Shown piece by piece: positions 53,511-64,000 of a DNA stretch of 64,000 nt. Numbering within the stretch: the stretch's first letter is position 1; each line of letters begins with the position of its first letter. This stretch comes from Octopus vulgaris (taxonomy: Eukaryota): assembly GCA_951406725.2 (NCBI GenBank), contig OX597822.1:73656001-73720000 (forward strand). The letters run 5' to 3'. The position numbers and the translations under genes are program-made. The notes under the pieces were generated by a model. That model saw nothing but the letters and a program-made list of their open reading frames with translations, ran no database searches and was not told the DNA's origin.

Positions 53511-54389
53511 TATATATATATATATATATATATATATGACACGTTTTATTTTCAAAATTATTTAGAATCTACGGAGAGAATTTCATTGTTTTTTTTTTTG
53601 TTTTTTTCATGAAGGACTATCTGCAAACTGATGACTTGTTTTGGTCCAGGCATTGCTAATAATGCGAAACAATGGAATCGCAAACAAGACACATTTCGTT
53701 CTCGTTCAATGGGTACCCTCAATTCGTCGGCTGTTGTCGGTTTTGTACTGTAAATTTTATCTTTTCAGCATCCCTAAACAACAACAAAAACAAGTCTAGT
53801 GATGTGTTGGGGAAGCAGTTATATATCAAAAAGATTATAACATGAATATATTGTGAGTTTATCACAAGTTATCTCCATGAAATTAAAATTGCGGTTAGAA
53901 TCTGAATAATTGTTCTAGAAAATTACAAGAATCCAAGTTGGTTAAAATGAAAAATGTAAACAACTGCTTATCTTTTTGATTTATATTTTAATATTTTGAC
54001 TTAAAAAATTGTTTTTTTTTTGTTAAGAGAAAATGTTGATTGGACATATGTCTGATCTGCATAGATATGTGGGTTACTGGTGATGTGCACAATTCTGTTA
54101 CGTTGTAGAAGTCATCGAAATCTGCTCAATTTTGTGGAAGGTTTAGTCGCCGATTAAAAGGGTCTTATTACTTCACTCGTAGTTTGTTTTATTGATCAGA
54201 AAGTGAAGAAAATCATAGCTTACTCGGTAGGGAGTGAACTCAGGACGTGAATATCAGCAGGGAAATCAGAATACTGTAGTAATTTCTACCAATTACCCGC
54301 TTTTATTATTTCATCGTAATCATATAAAGTATTTGGTATCAATGTCTTCCGTCCAACATTGATAGCGCGGTGACTAACACTTTGCTTTA

Positions 54390-54468
<79 letters not shown>

Positions 54469-54549
54469 TGTGTGTATATGTGTGTATGTGTGTGTGTGTG
54501 TGCATGCAAGTATAAATGCATGTATTATGTATTTCTCTGTCTCTGTCTC

Positions 54550-54588
<39 letters not shown>

Positions 54589-55429
54589 TCCTACATGCAA
54601 GATATATAAAAGAGAGATTTATGCATAAATACGCACATATATGTACATATATACTGGTATACATACAAATATGTGTGTGTGAATTTGTATATACACTTAC
54701 ACGTACACAAATATATATGTAAGCATTTATACACGCACACGCACATTGCATTTTGAACTCGATAAACAGTAACAGAATAACAGAAAATGCAGTAAATATC
54801 ACGCAACTTTGTGAAACACTAGCAGAAAGACCGCCCCCGGGCGGTTTTCTACTGGTCGCAAGATGAAATTTATACGTTTGATCCCCAATCTGTGTAATTT
54901 GTCTGATGTGTTATTTCTAACTTTTCTTTGGGTCGTTTATTCGTCTAAAAGTCCTCAGTCACTGAAAAACAGCGTTAGAATTTAAGAAGCTATCGTATTA
55001 TGTTAACTTAGCCGCGTATAAGTAAGTCCTCTGTTTACCGTCTTCAACAGCACCCAACAAATAAGAAAGGACACTGGAAATCAACATAATTTTGCTAGCA
55101 GTTGGAGAAATGCTTTTACTGACTTATCTGTACAAATTAAGGTTGCAAATATTTGAGGAACTTTTATGTATTTCCAGAAACAAACAAACAAAAAAAAAAC
55201 GCTATTTCTCGGTGTAGGATGACACTGTTTCACTGAATAAAAATTATTTTTGTGATTGAATCGTGAAGTTGAAATTTTTGGTAGTAAAATAATTCGAAAA
55301 TCACATTTGATAAAAATATATCAAAATTAGCATTTATAGGAGTTTTCTAATATTTGCTTATTTGTTTTAAAGGTTACATACTCCAAACTAATTAATAAGC
55401 AACTTTGTTTATTATATTGTTTGTTGTTG

Positions 55430-55721
55430 TTTGTTCCTTCTCGAGTCACACCTGGCTAATAGGACCGGTTTCCTTGGCGTATAGGTTCCTCATCAGGACG
55501 GGAGGCCGGTCAGTCGCAGGTGAACTACAAGATGCTGGAGGAAAGAGTGAGAGAAAGTTGTGGTGAAAGAGTCAGCAGAAGTTCGCCATTACCTTCTGTC
55601 GGAGCCGCGTGGAGTTTCAGTGTTTCGCTCATAAACACACACATTGCTCGGTCTGAGATTCGAACCCGCGATCCCTCGACCGCGAGTCCGCTGCTCTAAC
55701 CACTAGGCCATGTGCCTCCAC
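55430..55721 (-). mobile_element. SINE body C + tail Y with TSD
   Basis: TSD ttattatattgt at 55409-55420 and 55722-55733. Confidence 0.8.
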
Positions 55722-56154
55722 TTATTATATTGTAGATATGAATATTAATTTTGTGAGATTATTTAGCGTCGACGGATGTAAAAAGGGAAAGCTGACATTG
55801 TAAATAGCTATTTTATTTCATATTCATATAATAGACGGGACGCCCTTGATGTGAGGGGCGAGGTTAAAATTAAGTAAGCTAACACATGATTAGTAATTAG
55901 CTTAGTTATGATACTCCACTGGTTATTATATCCCACTATTACAAGTGAAGTATGACTGAGGAGTGACAGAGTCAACAACAGGTGGGTCATCAATGTCTCC
56001 GGTAAGTGTAACAGCTGTTGTAGAAAGTGGAACAAATTGGCGTGAAGTTGTTTTACTTTGTTGGGGATCCTTCTGGGAATAAGATCTCTTCAAGCTCCAA
56101 ACCAAGAACAAATATCCTCTTGGATACGGTGCTCATTTTTAGAACGTTGCCTTT

Positions 56155-56159
56155 CCACC

Positions 56160-56190
<31 letters not shown>

Positions 56191-57042
56191 GCATCGCTAA
56201 CAAAATTACTATCACATCACAACCACAACGATCACCACCATGAGGACCACCATCATCACCACTAACACCACCACCACCACAAGCATCGCTAACACCATTA
56301 CTATCACATCACCACCACTACGATCACCACCATGAGGACCACCATCATCACCACTAACACCACCACCACCACCACCACCACCACCACCACAAGCATCGCT
56401 AACACCATTACTATCACATCACCACCACTACGATCACCACCATGAGGACCACCATCATCACCACTAACACCACCACCACCACCACCAGCATCGCTAACAC
56501 CATTACTATCACATCACCACCACTACGATCACCACCACGAGGACCACCATCTTCACCACTAACACCACCACCACCACCAGCATCGCTAACACCATTACTA
56601 TCACATCACCACCACTACGATCACCACCATGAGGACCACCATCATCACCACTAACACCACCACCACCACCACCACCACCACAAGCATCGCTAACACCATT
56701 ACTATCACATCACCACCACTACGATCACCACCACGAGGACCACCATCTTCACCACTAACACCACCACCACCACCAGCATCGCTAACACCATTACTATCAC
56801 ATCACCACCACTACGATCACCACCATGAGGACCACCATCATCACCACTAACACCACCACCACCACCACCACCAGCATCGCTAACACCATTACTATCACAT
56901 CACCACCATGAGGACCAACATCACCACTAACACCAACACCACTACAAGCATCGCTAACACCAATACTATCACATCACCACCACTGCTATCACCACCATGA
57001 TGACCACCATCATCACTACTAACACCACCACCACCACCACTA
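56155..57042. repeat. Minisatellite of about nine 85-110-bp units built on (CAC)n
   Basis: Unit agcatcgctaacaccattactatcacatcaccaccactacgatcaccacca(t/c)gaggaccaccatc...(cac)n. Confidence 0.92.
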
Positions 57043-57904
57043 TCAGATAGAAACTATTCTCAACTCAGTCCAACTAATCACGTCTCATTCAACATGGTTG
57101 ACACTACTGACGCGTTGTGTTGCATTAGATCAGCTTCAATCTCACACGAATTATGATAAAAGCACGGCGCTTCATCCATGACCAAAATCACTCTGTTTTC
57201 TTGTATATTTCTATCTAGTAAAAATCGATTGCTTGATTCGGTTTATCAATCAACCAGTCGTGCTTGCCAAAGTCTTTTCATTGCCATTCGTGACCTTTTT
57301 GAATGACATGCCTTCGGCGACGAACGGATGTTGACAAAAACGCAGCTAATTGGTTAATTAATCGAAAAATTAACCAAAAAAATCGTTTCGTTTAATTGGT
57401 TAAATAGCTAACCAATTGACGGATAATAAAGAAGTGAAATCGAATCAGTGCGTGTGTTTATTATTAGTATAATAAACCTTCGTGAAACAACATCTCTTTC
57501 AACTCACGGCCTTACATGAAAAGTCTTGCAAACAAAATACAGAAGCAGTTTTATCAGACACATATCAGTACATAAACATACGTTCACATGTACATACACA
57601 TGTACACACACACACACGGACACGTCTACACACTTACCTAAATACTCATGTACACACATATGTACATATATGTAATACTTATATACATACATACATACAT
57701 ACATACATACATACATGCACACATATGCATAGGCACATACATGTGCACACACATTCATACATACGCACATACATACATGCATACATACAAAGATACACAT
57801 ACATACATACATACATACATACATACATACATACATACATACATACATACACACATAGATGCGTACATATATATCATGAACAATCTGTTACTTTCTCAGA
57901 TGCA

Positions 57905-58097
57905 TCACGGAATTTTGTCAGTGAACAGGTCGCGGTCTCAAAGCGACGAAAATATGTTGGCAAATTAAATTTAAATGTTGAAGTAAATCTAACGGTTTTT
58001 GTGTGTTTCTTAAATGGCTTATAAACACCTCTCACGCTGCAATTGTTTTCGTTCTAGCACACGATCTCAGATCAGGTCACTTGCTATGCAAGTACAT
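57905..58097 (+). mobile_element. Single-arm copy of the 15160 element with G3:C8 HHR motif (57914-57964, 3' side mutated)
   Basis: tttgtcagtgaacaggtcgcggtctcaaagcgacgaaaatat...cacttgctatgcaagtacat. Confidence 0.88.
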
Positions 58098-58244
58098 CTC
58101 CGTAGTTTTATCCTTTCTTTCGTAAAAACACAGACACTTTGAATGTTGTAATTATAGATAAAGTGTCTGTAAAAAAAGGGGGTGCGATGGCTAGAGCTTC
58201 CGTACCATGGAACCCAAACTACCTCTACAAAAATGCTAATAATA

Positions 58245-59020
58245 ATCCTTTCTACTAAAGGCACAACACAAGGCCTGAGATTTGTAGGGAGGGGACGAGT
58301 CAGTTACATCGACCCCAGTGAAACGCTGGTACTTCATTTATTGACCCCGAAAGGATGACAGGTAACGTTAATAATAATTCTTTTTAATTTTGGCACAAGA
58401 CCAACAATACTGAATGTAGAGAGTTAGTCGATACTATCGACCTCAGTACTTAACTGGTACTTTGTTTTATCGACTCCGGAAGGAAAAAAGAAAAGGCAAA
58501 GTTAGTTTCGGCGGGATTTGAACTCAGAATGTAAAGAGCTGTAAAAAATGATACAAGTAATTTTCCGATGCTCCAACGATATTGCCAATCCAACATGCTG
58601 TAATGAAATTGTTTCTAAAACAGGCACAAGGCCAGTCGATTTTATGGTACTGAGCACTTGAACGGTACTCAAGAGATTGAAAGGTAGAGTTGACCTCGGT
58701 AGGAAGTGAACTCAGAACATGGAGTCACGGAACAGATAATACCACAAAGCATTTTGACCAGCGTTTTACCGATTCTGACAATATTCCGCCTTTAATAAAA
58801 CAATATATTCTTTTCTACTCTAGGCACAAGGCCCGACATTTTGGGGGAGGGGCCAGTCGATTAGATCGACCCCAGTACGCAACTGGTACTTAATTTATCG
58901 ACCCTGAAAGGATGAAAGGCAAAGTCGGCCTCGGTGGAATTTGAACTCAGAACATAAAGACAGACGAAATACCGTAGGCATTTCGCCCAGCATGCTAACG
59001 TTTCTGCCAGCTCGCCGCCT
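58245..59020 (-). mobile_element. Head-to-tail cluster of about four SINE family B copies
   Basis: Youngest copy ~58808-59020 flanked by aataaaacaatatat. Confidence 0.8.
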
Positions 59021-59103
59021 TAAATAAAACAATATATAGAATAATAATTTTTGGAGGGAGAAAAAAAAATTACGTTATGGAATGAGTTGAAAACATTAGA
59101 TTC

Positions 59104-59168
<65 letters not shown>

Positions 59169-59211
59169 TAGAGAGAGAGAGAGAGAAAGAAAGAGAGAGA
59201 GAGAAAGGAAA

Positions 59212-59256
<45 letters not shown>

Positions 59257-59852
59257 AAGAGGGGGATAAACAGACAAAGTGACAGCAGCCAGAGAGTCAG
59301 AAGTGGTTTCCGAGGCCACCTTCATTTTGACGCACTTTGACGGGTTATACGAGCGCACCGTTCTCCGAGGGCACTATACGTAAAAAAAAAGGAAAAAAAA
59401 AAGAAAAGGTAAAACTTCGTATTTTTGTGCTATTTTTTTTATTGTCGTTCCTTTTAATGTTTTCAATAAAAACAAGCAGAGGGAGCATATGGTGACTTTC
59501 GTTGTGTTGTCGGAGGTCTTGTCGACGGGTGGTCGTAGGTGGATTGGGAAATGGAAAGGTCAAGGATAAACAAAACTGTCGAGGTCACCTGCATGGATTT
59601 ATTTACATTTGTGTGTGAGCGCGTGCGCGGCATTTGTGTGTGTGTGTGTACGAACACGCGCGCGTGTGTCTGTGTCACAAGAGAAGAGCAGAGATCTTCC
59701 TTCCGCTTTAGAACCCATCCCACATCCGGTCTAATCAAACGCAGCGTCCCATCAACGCCTCCCCAAATATTCAACCGAGCACGTGTTGTATTAGTTTAAC
59801 TCCAGCCCCAGGATCATGTGCATGTGTATACAAGAATATCAGTATGACTGTA

Positions 59853-59945
<93 letters not shown>

Positions 59946-60027
59946 GTACACACATACAAACATGGATACATGTGTGTGTGTTCGTATATATGCATGAATG
60001 TATATATATTTATATTAAACTTAGACA

Positions 60028-60622
60028 AAGGAGTAGCTATGTGGTAAGTAGCTTGCTTACCAACCACATGGTTCCAGGTTCAGTCCCTCTGCGTGGTACC
60101 TTGGGCAAGTGTCTTCTATAGCCTCGGGCCGACCAAAATCTCGTGAGTGGATTTGGTAGACGGAAACTGAAAGAAGCCCTTCTTATGCATGTGTAGTTTT
60201 CTACATGCTAGGCCACTGGTGGTAAAAAATTTCTAAAGCATTTTCCTATCCTAATATTTATTAATTATATATATATATATATAATCGTAGGATTGCGGCT
60301 TCGATTCCCCGACCGGGCGTTGTGAGTGTTTATTGAAAGAAAACACCTAAATCTCCGCGGAGCACCGGCAGGGTATGGTGGCGAACCCTGCTGTACTCTT
60401 TCACTAAAACTTTCTCACACCCTTTCTTCCTGTTTCTGGTGTACCAGTATTTCAAAGGGCCAGCCTTGTCACGCTCTGTGTCACGCTGAATCTCCCCGAG
60501 AACTATGTTATAAGGGTACACGTGTCTGTGGAGTGCTCAGCCACTTGTAAGTTAATTTCACGAGCAGGCTGTTCCGTTGATCGGATCAACTGGGACCCTC
60601 GTCGTCGCAACCAACGAAGTTC
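60028..60622 (+). mobile_element. SINE family A 5' half (60028-60180) and SINE body C + tail X (60285-60622)
   Basis: Module homology. Confidence 0.85.
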
Positions 60623-61574
60623 CACTATATCGGAATTTATCAAAGACACATACATAAACATACACATAAATATATATATACATACATACAGACAAGACAC
60701 GGAATAATTTAGGCCACGGTAGATATACTATGTCTGAACATATAATATGCGATGGTTACCACTGCCACGAAAACTACCACAACCACCAAAACCATCACCA
60801 CCACCACCACCGCCGCCGCCGTCACCATCATTATCACCACCATCACTATCACCACAAACCACGATAGCCACCACTCCCATCACAACTACCACCACCACCA
60901 TCAGCAACACGACAATCACCACTACTACCTTCACCATCACCATTACCATCACTATCCGATTGCGTTTCCACAACGTAGCGGTTCGGTAAAAGAAACTGAT
61001 GGAATAAGTACTTGGGTCGACTTGCTCCGCTAAACCCTCCTAGATGGGTACCCCAGCATGGCCACAGGCCAATGATTGAAACAAGTAAAAGTTAACAGAT
61101 TGTCTTGTATTTTTTTCTTCCAATCGCTTTTAAATCATTCAAAGTATTCGTTGATTTGTCCTTTATGCGTCCCCAACAAATCCCTTTTCCTATCTAAACG
61201 AGAAGTGAAAGTAGTTAATGTGTCACTACTACTTTCTAGGTTGTTGCTCAACCGTAACTGTATCTACGTAATGTGAGCCAGCAAAACCTGGAAGTTTTCC
61301 CCGAGGGAAACAGCATGAAACGCATGCATGAGTGCTTCTGACACGTGTAAAGACATGCATCAATGCTTCGTTAAATCGTGCCGCATCAATGTCCTTCCAT
61401 CTTCTCTATCTCCCTCTCAATCTCTCACTTCTTCTTCAAACACTTTGAGCTTAGTGCGACACATGTTTCCAAAAGCGAATATTTATGAAGCTTCTGCGCT
61501 GGTTCGCAAGGCCTCGCCTGGTGGTTTACTAAACTTTAGAACTCGTTGACTAGGCTTCAAAGATGGCTTAGTAG

Positions 61575-62085
61575 GGAGGCGCGTGGCTTAGTGGTTAGGC
61601 TGTTGAACTCATAATCCTATGATTGTGGTTTCGATTCCTGGATCAGGCACCGTGTTGTGTTCTTGAGCAAAGCATTTTATTTCACATCGCTTCAGTCCGC
61701 TCATCTAGCAAAAACCAGTAACCCTGTGACAGATGGGCATCCCATCCTGAAGCGAGGAGAATATATGTGCCATGGGAACTGAGAGCCGGGCCCCATGAGT
61801 CTATATGACTTGGGAAGTATAATAATCCTTTATCTTTATTAGGTCCCAGGGTTGATTTACTAGGCTACTGGTCGTTTACAACTCCTCAGTACTGGCTTGT
61901 GTTTTTGTCTGTTTGTCCACCCCCCAACACACACACAACCGATTTTGGTGTGTTTACATCCCCGTAACATTGCGGTTCAGCAAAAGAAACCGATACGATA
62001 AGAATAAGACAAGGGGTCAATTTCTTTGATGAAAAGGTGGTGCTCTAGCATGGCCATAGTCAAAATGACTGAAACAAGTAGAAGT
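61575..62085 (+). mobile_element. SINE body D + tail Y (61575-61815) and family A 3' half (61905-62085)
   Basis: Module homology. Confidence 0.75.
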
Positions 62086-62676
62086 GTAAGCCAGTAATTG
62101 TATTAAAAAATTTTGTATATTGTAAACGTATAAGCTTTTTATTGCACAAATTTTAATAACAAAATTTTATAATGACATCCCCCACTCCCCAAAAGATCAT
62201 GTGGACCGCGGTTGAGAATCTTTGCTTTAGACAGTTGCTCGACCAACGAGAAAGAACAGCCGAACCCATTTCATATCTCTACTAGAAAAGTCCACTTGTC
62301 TATAGAAGTTAAAAAAAAAAAAAAAAGGCAGAAAGGTCACCGCTGGAATGCTTTTGATCATAAGGTTTCTAGATCAAAGATGGAGGATTTGGGGTTGAAA
62401 AAAAAAAAAAAAAAACAACAGCAGCAGCAGTCAGGATATATCTTCGAAATATTAATCTACATATTTTGGTATGTGTACACAATACTGAAATTCTTTTTCG
62501 TTTATACACCCATCCAACCATCCACAATCCTCTCACACGCGTGCGTGTATGTATGTATGTATGTATGTATGTATGTATGTATGTATGTATGTATGATGTA
62601 TGTATGTATGTATGCATGTATGTATGTACGTACGTATGTACGTATGTACGTATGTATGTATGTATGTATGTATATG

Positions 62677-62729
<53 letters not shown>

Positions 62730-63031
62730 GTATATATATGCTTATATGTATGTATGCATGCGTGTGTATGACTGTGTGCGCATAAGTATGTTTAAATAAG
62801 TATATTCACAATATCTATCTATCTATATCTATACCTATATCTATATCTATATATATACAGGCATATGTATAAAAAACGCACCAACACATATACACATATA
62901 TATATACGCATACATACATAATACAAACACACGTACACACACACACACACATATATAATATGCAACATTGTATGTGTATATACATATATGTAACAGTGTC
63001 TATGTACATATATGTGTATATATATACCTAC

Positions 63032-63064
<33 letters not shown>

Positions 63065-63077
63065 CATCCATGTATTT

Positions 63078-63185
<108 letters not shown>

Positions 63186-63322
63186 ACATATATATATTGA
63201 TATATTGAATTGATAAAAGGTGTTTTTTTTTCTAATTTTATATATATATATATAGTGGTTGTATACTGTCAACTCAACGTGACAGTCCCGTATATTTCTA
63301 ATATATTTCTAATATATATATA

Positions 63323-63396
<74 letters not shown>

Positions 63397-64000
63397 TGAA
63401 GATTAGAGGCTTCGAGTGACCCGTCGGGTTTTGTGTCGTCTCCTTGTGTGTTTTTGCGTTCTTGTCCCACTTTGTAATTTATTTTTTATATTAAATTCTA
63501 TACATATATATATAAATTTATGTATGTATATATAATCATGTAATAGCGATACAAACATTTATCTCAAATATATTCCATCTACTTCAACTATTCTGTCGTA
63601 CGCATGCAAATACATCAAGGAAATAATATATATAAATGGGGCCAAGACTCGTTGCTGTAGATATGCAGTGACATTTTGCAATAAGGGGCCCGCTTTAATG
63701 AGCAGGGTGTGTATAGGAAGGAAAGTGAGACCTATCCCTTAACTGCTATCTGACGACCGGAAGTAAGGATCAATCATTAACTATTTGTCATGTTTCCTCT
63801 TTGAGATATTTGATATCTCATATTTCATACATTTTTTTTTCTCTTGAATCTATGGGACTACATCCATCCATTCGTCCATCCATCCATCCATCCATCCATC
63901 CATCCATTCGTCCATCCATCCATCCATCCATCCATTCGTCTATTTATTTGTGTATTCTTTTATTCTCGTTTATTTGTTTCAGTCATTTGACTGCGGCCAT

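Noticed and set aside
56155-57042. CRISPR-like repeat-spacer array
   Set aside because: No unique spacers, eukaryotic context, no cas genes

Overview
AT-rich, repeat-saturated eukaryotic DNA. The SINE repertoire and extreme (TA)n/(CA)n/(TACA)n/(AAT)n load suggest an octopod cephalopod (inference only). Almost all ORFs in the supplied track are microsatellite artefacts. I reconstructed six phase-compatible minus-strand exons (36362 to 2149; 765 nt, 255 codons, no stops) encoding a Cys-rich module plus fibronectin type III-like repeats, resembling the ectodomain of an invertebrate receptor tyrosine kinase or an anosmin-like protein; the first and last exons were not found. The rest holds several tRNA-derived SINE families, RTE and CR1-type LINE remnants, and Tc1/mariner, hAT, piggyBac, MULE-like and Helitron-like non-autonomous elements. 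The most striking signal is about 15 Penelope-type minimal hammerhead ribozyme (HHR) motifs in five sequence families. They include a tRNA-headed SINE-like element with an HHR tail that occurs as head-to-head palindromes, a palindromic element whose HHR has a swapped G3:C8 core pair, and a sense-strand HHR about 100 nt downstream of a splice donor. All calls were made by eye; repeat boundaries are approximate and family letters (A-H) are my own labels.
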